The position numbers and the translations under genes were made by a program. The notes under the pieces are model-generated. The model worked only from the letters and a program-made list of their open reading frames with translations. It did not search any database and had not been told where the DNA came from. A stretch of 64,000 nucleotides of DNA. It comes from a virus. Shown here piece by piece: positions 44,883 to 55,339 of the stretch (position 1 is its first letter; the number at the start of each line of letters is the position of its first letter). The DNA is taken from positions 22,341 to 86,340 of the IMG/VR virus record IMGVR_UViG_3300034071_002576. The stretch is one strand, 5' to 3'.

Positions 44883-45685
44883 TGGTCGACATTCGGGGTG
44901 GGCTTAGGCTAGCGGGGTTGACAAACCCTCTGTTGTTCGGACCAGCTGCCTTAGCGACTGAGGTAGCTTACAATATGTATCCGGCAGAAACGAAAACAAG
45001 AGATAACTTAGAAAGGCAAATAGGGTCTGTTCTGTCTTACCTGAACGAACAGCCTTACAAGATTTACGCTGGCGAAGATTACGGCCCGCAGTCCGTGGGC
45101 AGCTACTTAAAACTCAGGCAGAGTGATCCCGACCGCTTTCCGCGGCCAACTGGCTTAAAGCCTCCTGAAGCAAAAACTCCTTCGACTCCCGCTGCTCGTC
45201 CGCCTGCTAGTTCTGATCGCCAAACTGGCGGAGGGGCTCCCGGCGGTCCGTTGCCTGATACCACTACCAACTGGGGAACCGATCGAGACATCGAAACTGG
45301 CACCTTCCCCGAGGACGTTAAGACTCCGGGTAAAGAACCTGGGTTCGAAGAGTTAGTTAAGCTCCTCGCAACTCAGTTGTCTCCCGAAGCTCGTCGGGAA
45401 GCGACAAACGAGAATATTCGTCAGTTTGTAACAACATCTGCTATTAGCCAGGCTTTAGGAGCCGAAAAATCTCGCGAACGGTATAAGCGGGAGATCGAGC
45501 TTGAGCGCATAAAATCTTGGACCGATATGTACAAGACGGCACAGCAAACTAACGTGCTTTCTCAAGCAATGTTGGGGCAGGCTCTAATTGCTTCTCAGCA
45601 ACCCAGCGCGAACGTAGCCGACATTCTCAGTAAAGGCACCCAATCCGCCCAGTCTGTGCTTGGCGGTTTCCAACTGAGGACTTGA
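44882..45685 (+). CDS. putative internal virion protein
   Basis: 267 aa in the same coupled gene run. Confidence 0.5.
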   Translation: MVDIRGGLRLAGLTNPLLFGPAALATEVAYNMYPAETKTRDNLERQIGSVLSYLNEQPYKIYAGEDYGPQSVGSYLKLRQSDPDRFPRPTGLKPPEAKTPSTPAARPPASSDRQTGGGAPGGPLPDTTTNWGTDRDIETGTFPEDVKTPGKEPGFEELVKLLATQLSPEARREATNENIRQFVTTSAISQALGAEKSRERYKREIELERIKSWTDMYKTAQQTNVLSQAMLGQALIASQQPSANVADILSKGTQSAQSVLGGFQLRT

Positions 45686-45686
45686 T

Positions 45687-46388
45687 ATGGCCGGTTTTTT
45701 AGCTGGTTTAGGCCAGATTGGTACTTTTCTTGGTCAAGCCGGGGGAGCTGCTACGGGCGTTGGCGGTTTGATCAGCGCTTTTGGTGGCGGAGGCGGAGAA
45801 CCCGATTACGCCTCCTTGTACGCACAGCTAGCGCCTGGTCAGACTCAGCTGACGACTCAGCAGTATCTGATGGGGGCTCAGCTGCAGCCCTGGATCCAGG
45901 CGATGGGCGCCGAAACCACTATCCGCGGTCAGACGGCTTACGATCAATTTAAAAACAGCCTAACTAAAGACCAAACTGCAGCCGGCATGCTCGCCGGTAT
46001 TTCGTCCCAGTATGCCAGTAGTGCGATTGGTCTGCACGATTTAGCGGCTAAAGGTCGTTTGGCTGCTGAAACTCTCGGTCTCGAAACCGCCGAAAATCTG
46101 GCTCAGACCTATGCGACTGCCGCGGCGAACTTAGCTAACACTACGTTAACCGGGGAGGCTCAAGCTTTGCTCCCTACCGCACAAGCTGTGGCCTCTGCGG
46201 GTCAAACTGCCCAGCAAGGCAAGAACCAACTAGCTTCTAACATTGCTTCGACGAATTTAGACATTCGTCGACAGCAAGAGCAGACTCGTAACCAAATGGC
46301 TTTACAGCGTGCTCAGACTGAAGGTCAGTTGGCTTTAGAGCGTTCTCGCCGGTCTGCAGCCCTAGGTCTGACAGCCGCTCTCGCCTGA
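45687..46388 (+). CDS. putative DNA pilot or ejection protein
   Basis: Gly/Ala-rich hydrophobic N-terminus, A/Q/T-rich helical body. Confidence 0.5.
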   Translation: MAGFLAGLGQIGTFLGQAGGAATGVGGLISAFGGGGGEPDYASLYAQLAPGQTQLTTQQYLMGAQLQPWIQAMGAETTIRGQTAYDQFKNSLTKDQTAAGMLAGISSQYASSAIGLHDLAAKGRLAAETLGLETAENLAQTYATAAANLANTTLTGEAQALLPTAQAVASAGQTAQQGKNQLASNIASTNLDIRRQQEQTRNQMALQRAQTEGQLALERSRRSAALGLTAALA

Positions 46389-46915
46389 TGCTTACGAAAA
46401 TTGGAGATCCGTCCACCGTCGCTGGGTGGCTGGACTCACTCGACAAATCGCAGAAAGATGCTTTCATCTTTTATGCCAAAAACGCTACCAGCGATATCGA
46501 AGCTTATCTGTATGCCCGGTTCCTCAAGCCGGGTTACGCAGGCAGCATCTCTGATCTGACCGCGTGGGTCCAGGAGAAATACCCCAAAGAAGATCTCAGG
46601 AAAATCCTGTTAACCGAAATCGACGGTTTGCAGATGGACTTGCAAAACGTGCGCGGCATGACCTTGAACGGCATGCTCGATTACGCCACAGCAGCGACTA
46701 AGGTTTCTGCGTTACAGAAGGAACTCCGTTCTCACATTCAAGCAGTTCGCGCAATTTCTGACGGTGTTGACCGCCGAGGTTTGTTGTTAGCCGGAGCGGA
46801 TCGTTGTCTCCGCGAGCTGATGCAAACGTTCGACGGTCAGCCCGGTATTCAGGCTTTGCTTGAGGACTCTTCGCTGTTGGTGTGGTCGACGATGGAGCGC
46901 GAGGAAAAGTCTTGA
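46388..46915 (+). CDS. helical hypothetical protein (terminase small subunit candidate)
   Basis: 175 aa; candidate from size and proximity to TerL only. Confidence 0.45.
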   Translation: MLTKIGDPSTVAGWLDSLDKSQKDAFIFYAKNATSDIEAYLYARFLKPGYAGSISDLTAWVQEKYPKEDLRKILLTEIDGLQMDLQNVRGMTLNGMLDYATAATKVSALQKELRSHIQAVRAISDGVDRRGLLLAGADRCLRELMQTFDGQPGIQALLEDSSLLVWSTMEREEKS

Positions 46916-47991
46916 TCAGGCTTCTCCATCCGACCCAGAATGTTTTGCATGGGGCATCTAAAGATTCCCATAAAGGCATCATTGATGCCTAGCGACATAA
47001 CGAGTTCTGTGTTCTCGATATACGCCCCAAACGGCAGCATTACAGCAGGTTGATCCGATACCGGGTTGCCTGCGTAGTCGGTCCACACGATCAGGTGATC
47101 GTTAAGGGAGCCGGTGAAGAGCGGATTTTTATCGATGTACAGGATTTTGGTGAAATCTCGATCGACGATGTAGGCGCCCAAGTGGTACAGGAGGAATGTT
47201 TTACCGGAAGCTTCCTGCGCCATGTGCTTCCAGTGATAAAAAATAAGGTGCCCGTAACCCAGGTTGATCGGGGGCAGAGAGTTAAACGTAGGTGAGCCGT
47301 GTGTGACTTTATCCAGAGCCGCCGTGTCTACGGTGATTGTTGGATCGTTTTCGCGCTCGATCGTTAGAGGCCGCGTGGCATACAGACAGTTCAACTGGCT
47401 TTTATGACTAAAGAAACACCAATTCTTTTCGGCTTCCCCTTTGACTAGGTTTTTGCCGATAGGCGGAATTGCTGCGTGCACTGCCTCAAATGAGTCATTG
47501 ACTAGGCAAACAATCACTTTTGGAGTGTTAAACAGCTTGTCCGGACGATTGTCGTAGCGACTGGCGTATGTCGAAGCGACAAACTGTACGTACAAATTGT
47601 CATCTGGGCCTACGAAGAGGCGCGGATCTTCGTAGCTGAGGCGATGTTTCTTGGAACGCAGCTTCTTGGTTCCCACGATCGTATGATCATCAGCCAGTTC
47701 TCCGATGTAAATGTCGGTTGGTTGATTATTTAGATAGAAATACTTCATGTCGTGCCGGAATCCGAAAGGCTCCGGCTGGGAGCGCCACGCGATATAGGTT
47801 TTACCGTTGTGCTTGACGATGCTGGGGCTGAAGTTGGCAACGTTGTGCGCAGGCAGACCCCTCAGGATCCGCTTAAAACTGCCCCCTAGGTTCTCTGCTT
47901 GTGTATAGACAGTGGGTATACCCTCACGCTCGCGCTTAATCGGGTACACAACATCGCTATTTGCGTGGAAGAAACGGTATGTGATGTTCAT
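46849..47991 (-). CDS. beta-propeller glycosidase or phosphorylase-like protein (GH130-like)
   Basis: NFSPSI, YEDPRLF, EKNWCFF, MSLGIND. Confidence 0.65.
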   Translation of the reverse strand: MNITYRFFHANSDVVYPIKREREGIPTVYTQAENLGGSFKRILRGLPAHNVANFSPSIVKHNGKTYIAWRSQPEPFGFRHDMKYFYLNNQPTDIYIGELADDHTIVGTKKLRSKKHRLSYEDPRLFVGPDDNLYVQFVASTYASRYDNRPDKLFNTPKVIVCLVNDSFEAVHAAIPPIGKNLVKGEAEKNWCFFSHKSQLNCLYATRPLTIERENDPTITVDTAALDKVTHGSPTFNSLPPINLGYGHLIFYHWKHMAQEASGKTFLLYHLGAYIVDRDFTKILYIDKNPLFTGSLNDHLIVWTDYAGNPVSDQPAVMLPFGAYIENTELVMSLGINDAFMGIFRCPMQNILGRMEKPDQDFSSRSIVDHTNSEESSSKA

Positions 47992-49166
47992 TAGGCTGCC
48001 AAAAGATCGTTAATAGCCGCAGAGAAACCGGCGGAAACTGATTCCCAGCGGTACTCGGGGCGTTGTGTCACGGCAAAGCACGCTTCTGCGACTTCGTCGT
48101 AAACCTTTTTGTTGTAATACAGTTCGTTAAGGCAATCGACGGCTGATTTCACAGAAATCAGACCGCGTTCAACCCCAAGATCTTTGTCGACAACCCACGT
48201 TGCGATGTCTGCGAGCTGCGCAGCCTCATCCCAGATGTCAAGACACGCAGTGTGGGCCGGGACAACTTGGGGTTTACGGCAGCTTGCGTGCTCGAAACTC
48301 ACCAGGCCCCATCCTTCGCCATCTGCGGTGTTAATACCAACGTCACATGCGTTGTAAATCGTGTTCAGCATCTCATCTGGAGGTGCTTGCATGTAGTTAA
48401 TGTTCTCCGATGTCAGGATCAGGCGTTGAGCGCCATCGATTTTGACTCGTTCGCACTCACGGCGGAACAGCGGGATAATGTCCCACCCCATATCTTTGGC
48501 GCCCATGTGTAGATACAACATGGCGTCAGGCTTATCCTGCGCAAACTTAACGAAGGTTTGGATTGTTAAATCGATTCGTTTGCGTGGTTGGTTGCGATTG
48601 CCGTTAAAAACGATGAATTTGTCTTTAGGCAGACCGAGCTTGTCCCGAGCTTCGTCGCGCGGCATCGGGCTGAACTTGCTGAGGTCCACCCCATGCGGCA
48701 GCACACCTAGTTTGGCCGCTTGCACGCCGTGATCGATGATCCGATGCGCGGATCCCACAGTGAATGTGACAGCAAGATCCCAATGCGGGATGTTCCGCAG
48801 CATATCCGGGTAGTAGCGCTCGCTATCCACCGGGAAGTATGCGATGAATTTGAACTTAAACTTATCTTTTAGGAATTGGCAGCGTTCCCAGAACTGGTTC
48901 ACGACCCAGATGTCGTTTAGACAGATGATTACATCCGGCTTTACGTTTTCAATGACTTCCGGAATACGCGGGATTCCAAATCGATCCGGACAATGCAGCG
49001 TGGACGCCGGATAAATCTTGTAGGGTTTGTCGTGAGGGTCTCCAGCGTAGTTAATACCTAAAACGGTTACTTCGTGCTCTTTACACAGCACATCCAGTAC
49101 ACTATGAGTTACACGTGCGAACCCAGTGTTACTGCAAATGTCTCCGTACCAGAGAACTTTCGCCAT
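47991..49166 (-). CDS. GT-B (GT4-like) glycosyltransferase
   Basis: TGFARV, PHGVD, NRNQPRKRID, EGWGLVSFE; start trimmed to MAKVLWYG. Confidence 0.85.
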   Translation of the reverse strand: MAKVLWYGDICSNTGFARVTHSVLDVLCKEHEVTVLGINYAGDPHDKPYKIYPASTLHCPDRFGIPRIPEVIENVKPDVIICLNDIWVVNQFWERCQFLKDKFKFKFIAYFPVDSERYYPDMLRNIPHWDLAVTFTVGSAHRIIDHGVQAAKLGVLPHGVDLSKFSPMPRDEARDKLGLPKDKFIVFNGNRNQPRKRIDLTIQTFVKFAQDKPDAMLYLHMGAKDMGWDIIPLFRRECERVKIDGAQRLILTSENINYMQAPPDEMLNTIYNACDVGINTADGEGWGLVSFEHASCRKPQVVPAHTACLDIWDEAAQLADIATWVVDKDLGVERGLISVKSAVDCLNELYYNKKVYDEVAEACFAVTQRPEYRWESVSAGFSAAINDLLAA

Positions 49167-49220
49167 TCTTGAAGTATCCTCTTGATACGGGTAATATAGC
49201 AACACTGTCAATTTACTGAC

Positions 49221-50741
49221 ATGCCGAGCCGGGAAACTTTTGCCTACCGCCGCGGCGCTCAGATGCGTGCCGTGCGTGCACAAGAAAGCACAATAAGCTC
49301 TATTGACTCTATTTACTCCAAAGCGGCTGATGATTTTCAGACGTTTTGCACGATCTTGGACAAGCCCCCAGCAAAACACATGCTGGAGTGGCATCACCAT
49401 CTGATAACGGGGGAGTCCAATAAGTATTTACTCGATATTGCAGGGCCTAACCTTGATATTTTGAGCCCACGTGGTAGCGCTAAGTCTACTGTACTTAACT
49501 TATTTACTGCATGGATTATTGGGAGGCACACAACCGCCCAGAGGCCATTACAGATTATTTATGTTTCGTATAACATTGCCACCGCTATCCCCAAAAGTCG
49601 AATTATTCGACAGCTTATTGACTCTCCTGAGTTCCGTAAGATCTTTCCGAGGGTTCAATTGAAGTCCGGCATGCAGTCGGACATCGGTTGGTCGATTGAT
49701 TTCGATTACGCAGGTATTCCGCGTATCGGTGATGAGGAATTCACCCTTAGGGCAGCCGGTCTACGAGGTTCCATTACGTCTAAACGTGCACACCTAGTTA
49801 TCGTAGATGACCCTATTAAATCTAGTGCGGATATTAAGAACCCGGCTATCCGGGATGAGATGAATAACAACTGGTCGTCCGTTATTGCACCAATTATCTT
49901 CGAAGGTGGGCGTTCTATCTGTCTTGGAACTCGTTTCCATCCTCTAGATATCCATAAAACCATGTTTGTACCCACTAAAGGGTGGAAACAGGTGACGCAA
50001 GAGGCTATTACGTACGATAACAAGGGGGAACCAGTCAGTTATTGGCCGGAACAGTGGTCTGCTGACTATTTGTTAGGTCAGAAAGAGCTAGACCCCGTGG
50101 CTTTCGCTTATCAGTATCAACAGCAGCCCGTGATGACCTCTGATCTGGTCGTTTCTCCCGATCTGCTCGTTAAAGGAGAAGTTGTAACTGAATTTGACAG
50201 CCTCGCAGTCGGTATTGACCTCTCAGCAAGCAAGAACGAGACCAGCGACTACACAGCTTTTGTGTTAGGAGGGCGTTTAAAGGATAAATACTACATAATC
50301 GATGCTCACCAGTGTCGTTCCATCGGAAATCTTGAAAAAATAGACCTTCTGTGTGATATGTTGCTCGAATGGGGCATTTTGACGCTACATGATGGGCAAT
50401 ATATGCCGACATACTCCACGATCACCCTCGTGGTCGAGTCTGTAGCGTACCAAGCGTCGTTGGCGGCGGATTTACGACGAGTTTTGATTAACGACAGGGA
50501 CCTGGGCAACTTACATATTCATGAAGTCAAGGGTTTTCGCGGAGACAAAATCGCCCGTTTCCGCGGAACGTTAGGTTTGCTAGAAAATAAGAAAATCACG
50601 TTCAACAAGTACCGTAAGTTCGACGCTCTGTTCGATCAGCTGATCAACGTCGGCGCCACAGCGCATGACGACCTCTTAGACGCATACACTTGGCTTATTG
50701 CGTATTTACAGCGCCGAGGGGAGTTTTCAATTGAGTACTGA
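49221..50741 (+). CDS. terL: terminase large subunit
   Basis: PRGSAKST, IVDDP, GTRFH..D, YQQQP, GIDLS...SDYTA, HDDLLDA. Confidence 0.9.
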   Translation: MPSRETFAYRRGAQMRAVRAQESTISSIDSIYSKAADDFQTFCTILDKPPAKHMLEWHHHLITGESNKYLLDIAGPNLDILSPRGSAKSTVLNLFTAWIIGRHTTAQRPLQIIYVSYNIATAIPKSRIIRQLIDSPEFRKIFPRVQLKSGMQSDIGWSIDFDYAGIPRIGDEEFTLRAAGLRGSITSKRAHLVIVDDPIKSSADIKNPAIRDEMNNNWSSVIAPIIFEGGRSICLGTRFHPLDIHKTMFVPTKGWKQVTQEAITYDNKGEPVSYWPEQWSADYLLGQKELDPVAFAYQYQQQPVMTSDLVVSPDLLVKGEVVTEFDSLAVGIDLSASKNETSDYTAFVLGGRLKDKYYIIDAHQCRSIGNLEKIDLLCDMLLEWGILTLHDGQYMPTYSTITLVVESVAYQASLAADLRRVLINDRDLGNLHIHEVKGFRGDKIARFRGTLGLLENKKITFNKYRKFDALFDQLINVGATAHDDLLDAYTWLIAYLQRRGEFSIEY

Positions 50742-50799
50742 TTCAGCCTCCGTGGGAGACACTACAGTGCAAAAAGCTCTCGGCCCAGCCGAGCCTGAT

Positions 50800-51678
50800 A
50801 TGAAAGGTAAAAAAATATGGGTTGCTGTAACTGCGCACAGTCCTCTGAGTAGGATAGATCCTCTTATAAATGTTGTAAAAGCGTACAATTATTTTGTTTG
50901 CGATGTTTGTATTCATGTTTACGTAGATTACGAGTCTCAAAACTGTGTTGAGGATTTAGCGAAAATATTAGAAACAGTCTCAAATAAGACTATTGAGATA
51001 AAAGTCGCTTCTTCGGAATATGAAAATTGGTATCTTACCTGGGCTCATAAGACTGATTTAGCGTTAGCTGTCCTCAATAGAGTCGCAGATTTCTACATTT
51101 ACCAGGAGAACGATATGGTTCTTCTTTGGGAGAATTTCAGGTATTGGGTTCGCTGGAAGCCGCGCCTCGCTCAGTTGGGTTTAGAGCCTGGTTTTGTTCG
51201 ATACGAGTTATTCGAAAATAAGAAGATTGCTTTTGATAACTATTATCCGTATTCTTTGTCGCGGGAGACACCTAACATCTGGGGACATATTGGATTCACA
51301 GTCCCTAAACTTTTAGTTGTTGATCGCGAAGTTCACTTTTTTGTTCAGCTGGCTAATCCATATTACGGAGCGATGATCCTCGATCAAGCTGATGCCGAGG
51401 CTTATATTCGTTCGGATAGTTGCGATCCGGGGAAAAGTTACGCCAAAGTCGGAATCCGAAACTGGCCTATCGCGGATCGTAGTTCGCTCGGGCTGACGTT
51501 TGAGAATGTCCCTTCAGGATACGAGCACAGACGTTGTGTTCCCATGCGGAAAGAAAACGGAGTGTATAGATTGCACCCCAATGGCCTTATTCGTCACGAC
51601 GATCTCAAATATTCTTCAAAGTTAAAAGAACTTCATGGAAGTTTGTTAGACTGTGATCATCTAATAAGTCTGGTTTAA
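50800..51678 (+). CDS. glycosyltransferase-like hypothetical protein
   Basis: LTWAHK, FYIYQENDM, NPYYGAMIL; family call tentative. Confidence 0.5.
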   Translation: MKGKKIWVAVTAHSPLSRIDPLINVVKAYNYFVCDVCIHVYVDYESQNCVEDLAKILETVSNKTIEIKVASSEYENWYLTWAHKTDLALAVLNRVADFYIYQENDMVLLWENFRYWVRWKPRLAQLGLEPGFVRYELFENKKIAFDNYYPYSLSRETPNIWGHIGFTVPKLLVVDREVHFFVQLANPYYGAMILDQADAEAYIRSDSCDPGKSYAKVGIRNWPIADRSSLGLTFENVPSGYEHRRCVPMRKENGVYRLHPNGLIRHDDLKYSSKLKELHGSLLDCDHLISLV

Positions 51679-51761
51679 AGTGGCTGGCGGAGGCGCTGCC
51701 TTTGTAACCGTCGGATATCAGCTCCAAGGAAGAATCTTGTATCAGACGCTCGGCAGAGGCG

Positions 51762-52058
51762 ATGCGTATAGACTTCGAAAGTTTATCGAATCCCACGATG
51801 GAACGATTTTTTGGTTCAATCCTGCCTGAAGATGATGCCGTACATCATCCAAAGCACTATACGCAGGGTGACATTGAGTGTATCGATGCTTTGCGGGCCG
51901 CCTTAGGTGTTGAAGGTTTTAAGGCATATTGTCGAGGAGCCTGCCTTAAGTACCTGTGGCGCACAGAACATAAAAACGGAGTTCAAGATCTTCAAAAATG
52001 CGCGTGGTATTTAGATCGATTGATAGAAGAAGCTATTAAATACCCTAAACTACCTTAA
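51762..52058 (+). CDS. DUF3310 (T7 gp1.7-like nucleotide kinase domain) protein
   Basis: VHHPKHY...IECID...KYLWR...KNGVQDLQKCAWYL. Confidence 0.8.
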   Translation: MRIDFESLSNPTMERFFGSILPEDDAVHHPKHYTQGDIECIDALRAALGVEGFKAYCRGACLKYLWRTEHKNGVQDLQKCAWYLDRLIEEAIKYPKLP

Positions 52059-52072
52059 GCACTCGGATCCGT

Positions 52073-52360
52073 ATGGACGTTCGCGCTTTTGGTTCGTATT
52101 ACGGTCAATCTGCTTCGCTACCGTACGCAAGCGGATTTATGGTTAATGCTTCCGGTACTAATGTTAATTTTGCAGCTTGCAGAGGTATTTTTATCGAAAG
52201 TGCATCTAAAAACACGGATAAAACCTTAGTGGTTACGCTTACGGATTCTCCTGGAACCCCTATAACTTTTAAACACATCCGAGAAGATACACATTTACCA
52301 ATATCGATTACGTCTATTAGTGGTATCAGCACTGTTGACTACGTTTACGTGATGTACTGA
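52073..52360 (+). CDS. hypothetical beta-rich protein, possibly structural
   Basis: 95-aa ORF. Confidence 0.55.
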   Translation: MDVRAFGSYYGQSASLPYASGFMVNASGTNVNFAACRGIFIESASKNTDKTLVVTLTDSPGTPITFKHIREDTHLPISITSISGISTVDYVYVMY

Positions 52361-52587
52361 TGGCCGACATCGCTAAGAAAAAAGATCCCGCTAAGTGGGC
52401 TCGGGCTAAAGCCAAGGCTCGGGCAAAACTTGGTGGACACAGTGCTCGCGCAATGCAGCTTGCGACAAAGTACTATAAAGATGCGGGCGGACGTTACGAA
52501 GGTTCTAAATCTTCGTCTAATCGACTTTCTCGTTGGGGAAAGGAAGATTGGCAAACTCGTGAAGAGTACGAAAAGGATTCTAAGTAA
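52360..52587 (+). CDS. basic protein, DUF5872-like N-terminal half
   Basis: SARAMQLA..YYKDAGGRY, LSRWGKEDWQT. Confidence 0.6.
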   Translation: MADIAKKKDPAKWARAKAKARAKLGGHSARAMQLATKYYKDAGGRYEGSKSSSNRLSRWGKEDWQTREEYEKDSK

Positions 52588-52838
52588 TGGCCTCTAGTTA
52601 CAGTTCTTCTGATTTAGCCAAGCTTTTTTCAGGCGGAGAGGATAGCTTCCGGGAAGATGTTCTCGACGAAGTTACATCCGAAAAGCTCTTCGACGAGCTG
52701 TATCAAGACACGTCCGATGCCACTCGTTTGGCACTTTGGAATCGTCTTCTGGATGCTACGAAAGACGATCTTTTAAAATCTGCGACTGTGTCCCGGATGA
52801 CGGGCTCGCCCACGCAGGCTGGCGGGTCATACGTGTGA
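52587..52838 (+). CDS. acidic hypothetical protein
   Basis: 83 aa, overlaps both neighbours by 1 nt. Confidence 0.55.
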   Translation: MASSYSSSDLAKLFSGGEDSFREDVLDEVTSEKLFDELYQDTSDATRLALWNRLLDATKDDLLKSATVSRMTGSPTQAGGSYV

Positions 52839-53053
52839 TGGCTGATTTAGCTCGCGAAAAAGGTAGGACTGAACGTTATCTACCTAAAGCCGCGTGGGCT
52901 TCATTAAGTCCTTCTGAACGTCGCGCTACCGACGAAGCCAAGAAGCGTGCGACACGCGGCGACAGACCTGTAAATACTCAAGTTCCTAATACAGCTAAAG
53001 CACGCGAAGCTCGTCGTCGAGCATCTGAGTATATTAGGAAGAAGACTTCTTAA
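52838..53053 (+). CDS. basic protein, DUF5872-like C-terminal half
   Basis: TERYLPKAAWASLSPSERRATDEAKK. Confidence 0.6.
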   Translation: MADLAREKGRTERYLPKAAWASLSPSERRATDEAKKRATRGDRPVNTQVPNTAKAREARRRASEYIRKKTS

Positions 53054-53058
53054 ACAAA

Positions 53059-53376
53059 ATGCGGAGCCCGTTCAACCAAGCCGCTGATTTTTTTGGTCGG
53101 GCTTTTTCCGATCAAGAGCAAGCTGCAGACACGCAAGAATATTTAGATACCGTATATGACTCTCCATCTGAATACAATCTCCGCTTACAAAGTCCCACTA
53201 TCGGTGCAATGCCTCCTGCTTTAACGGGTAACCCTTCTGCCGAGGATGAAATGGATAATTACGTGCGCGGTATGAAAGAGTCTTTACTCGAGGAAGCTCG
53301 GGCAAAGCGGCGCCCTACTAATGGCGATAGTGCTGTACGCGCCTCTGGCGGAATCAATACCGCCGTTAAGCGCTAA
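53059..53376 (+). CDS. hypothetical protein
   Basis: 105-aa ORF. Confidence 0.55.
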   Translation: MRSPFNQAADFFGRAFSDQEQAADTQEYLDTVYDSPSEYNLRLQSPTIGAMPPALTGNPSAEDEMDNYVRGMKESLLEEARAKRRPTNGDSAVRASGGINTAVKR

Positions 53377-53400
53377 TATGCTGACAGCCTTCAGGTTGTC

Positions 53401-54237
53401 ATGCTGTTTGACTGTTTTTTGTATTTTGACGAAAAAGAGCTCCTAGAACTCAGAATTGAGTTACTTAAAGATATTGTAGATGGGTTTATTATTACAGACG
53501 GAGACCGTACATTTAAAGGCGATCCTAAGCCTTTTACGTGTGTAGATACCATCCGGGCTCTGGGTTTACCTGAGGATATGATTCAAGTTCTTCACGTAGA
53601 GCTTCCTACTCCTGAAGATATTCCTAATCCGTGGGCGCGCGAGTATGCCCAGAGGGATGCTTTAGGAGTCGGCATGCGTATGACTCCACCTGATTCTGTG
53701 TTCTTTTTCAGTGACGTTGACGAAATCCCTAAACCCGAAGCGTTGCTGGAGGCGGTCGAATTAGCCAAAGCAGACACTTCGCGGTGTGTTCGGCTATCCA
53801 TGCCTATGTTCTACGGGCGTGCAGACCTTCGTGTCGTTAATCCGGAAGGCAGCCCTACTGAGGCTCCTAATAATTGGACTTGCGGCACAGTTGTTCTTCA
53901 CGATCACTTAGATCAGACGCCCTCGCAAATCCGTCACAACCCAAACGATATTGTTGTTGGGAACTGTGATGCCGGGTGGCACTTTAGCTGGATGGGCGAC
54001 GCATCTCGCATGAAACGTAAGGTCACTTCCTTCTCTCATTGCTATGACGTAATCCCCAACGCTGTAGCCCCTGCTGATAGCCAAGAAATGCTTGATTTTA
54101 TCGACTCTTATCGTGCTGCGGCTGGAGCTACGGATCCCTTAGGGCGTACCGATCATATTCTTGAGCCTTATCCTCACGAATTGCTGCCAGCGAAGCTTTT
54201 TGAGCTAGATCGAGTTCGTAACTATCTGCTTCCTTAA
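53401..54237 (+). CDS. GT17-like glycosyltransferase
   Basis: DCFLYFDEKELLELR, EYAQRD, SDVDEIP, GWHFSW. Confidence 0.85.
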   Translation: MLFDCFLYFDEKELLELRIELLKDIVDGFIITDGDRTFKGDPKPFTCVDTIRALGLPEDMIQVLHVELPTPEDIPNPWAREYAQRDALGVGMRMTPPDSVFFFSDVDEIPKPEALLEAVELAKADTSRCVRLSMPMFYGRADLRVVNPEGSPTEAPNNWTCGTVVLHDHLDQTPSQIRHNPNDIVVGNCDAGWHFSWMGDASRMKRKVTSFSHCYDVIPNAVAPADSQEMLDFIDSYRAAAGATDPLGRTDHILEPYPHELLPAKLFELDRVRNYLLP

Positions 54238-54307
54238 GCATCTTTAGGTAACGCCTTAGTTTTTAAGAAAAAATTGTTTAAAATTAGACAAGTTCAACCG
54301 TAGATCT

Positions 54308-55339
54308 GTGGCTGCTAAACGTATGGCTGGAGGTAACCGTCCTGCGCCCGGCGGCCGGAGTCGTTCCCAGCCACGTGCGGCTACTCCCCGTCCGCAACCT
54401 CGAGCTGCTACTCCCCGTCCGCAACCTCGCGCGGCTGCTCCTCGTCCCCAAGCTGCTGCTCCTCGTCCCCAACGTCCGGCTGCTAGTCAGAACCGGATGA
54501 CCTCTGTTTCTGGTGGGCTGGGCTCTCTTGGTGCTGCTCTTCCCCAACAGACTGGGCGCCCTCAGGCGGACCAAACTAAGGCTCGTCAAGCTAAAGGAAA
54601 GTCTTTAAAAAGGCTGCAGCAACCCAGTGGCGATATGACGCGTTCGATTGCGAAAGGACCTATTACAAAACCGAAAGATCGACCCAAAGTAGCCGCTGCT
54701 TCTCAACCTGCACAAAATTTAAGCTGGCAGTCAAGTGATATCGGAAAATACGCTACCGGGGGAGAAGTTTACGGCGGCTCGCTAGGCCCTGGTGTGTTCG
54801 ACGCTGCCGCTTGGATGCGCGCGCGTAATGTTGGCGGCTTCAATGACGAACAGATTAAAGATTATTTAGCCAAGGGAGATACCGGTTTGTATATCGGTAA
54901 TCGTCCTCAAGCTGTTATCGATAATTGGGCCACTCAGAATCCTAAGCAATACACTCAGTATGTAGATCCCACGGGGGAGAATAAATTCGAGCCGGCTCGA
55001 GTTTTATTCAACCCGTTAGGTTCGACCAATTTAGGTATTGGTCGCGGCGGTCTGCAGGACAAGGGAATCTCGTGGTACACAAGCTCTAACTTACCCGGCA
55101 ACAACCAGACCGGGGAGATGAATGTGCTGGAAAATTCTTACTTCATGAATACACCCGAGGGTATGTCCCGAGTTTTTGAGGGCGAGTCGGCCGTCCCCAC
55201 TCGTTTTATGGGGGACCCGAAAACTGGCCAGCCCAGCAGCGCCCCCGGCAGTATTCCGTTTGGTTACGATCAGTTCACGTCTCCGGCAGCCAAGAAATAC
55301 CTCGAAAGCTTGCAGTACAAGGGCTCGTGGCTTAAGTAG
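54308..55339 (+). CDS. protein with basic repetitive N-terminus, possibly virion
   Basis: (PQPRAATPR)n repeats; 343 aa. Confidence 0.6.
   Translation: MAAKRMAGGNRPAPGGRSRSQPRAATPRPQPRAATPRPQPRAAAPRPQAAAPRPQRPAASQNRMTSVSGGLGSLGAALPQQTGRPQADQTKARQAKGKSLKRLQQPSGDMTRSIAKGPITKPKDRPKVAAASQPAQNLSWQSSDIGKYATGGEVYGGSLGPGVFDAAAWMRARNVGGFNDEQIKDYLAKGDTGLYIGNRPQAVIDNWATQNPKQYTQYVDPTGENKFEPARVLFNPLGSTNLGIGRGGLQDKGISWYTSSNLPGNNQTGEMNVLENSYFMNTPEGMSRVFEGESAVPTRFMGDPKTGQPSSAPGSIPFGYDQFTSPAAKKYLESLQYKGSWLK

Noticed and set aside
49167-49400. N-terminal extension of the GT4 ORF overlapping terL
   Set aside because: Family-like sequence begins at MAKVLWYG (49166); the extension is antisense to terL
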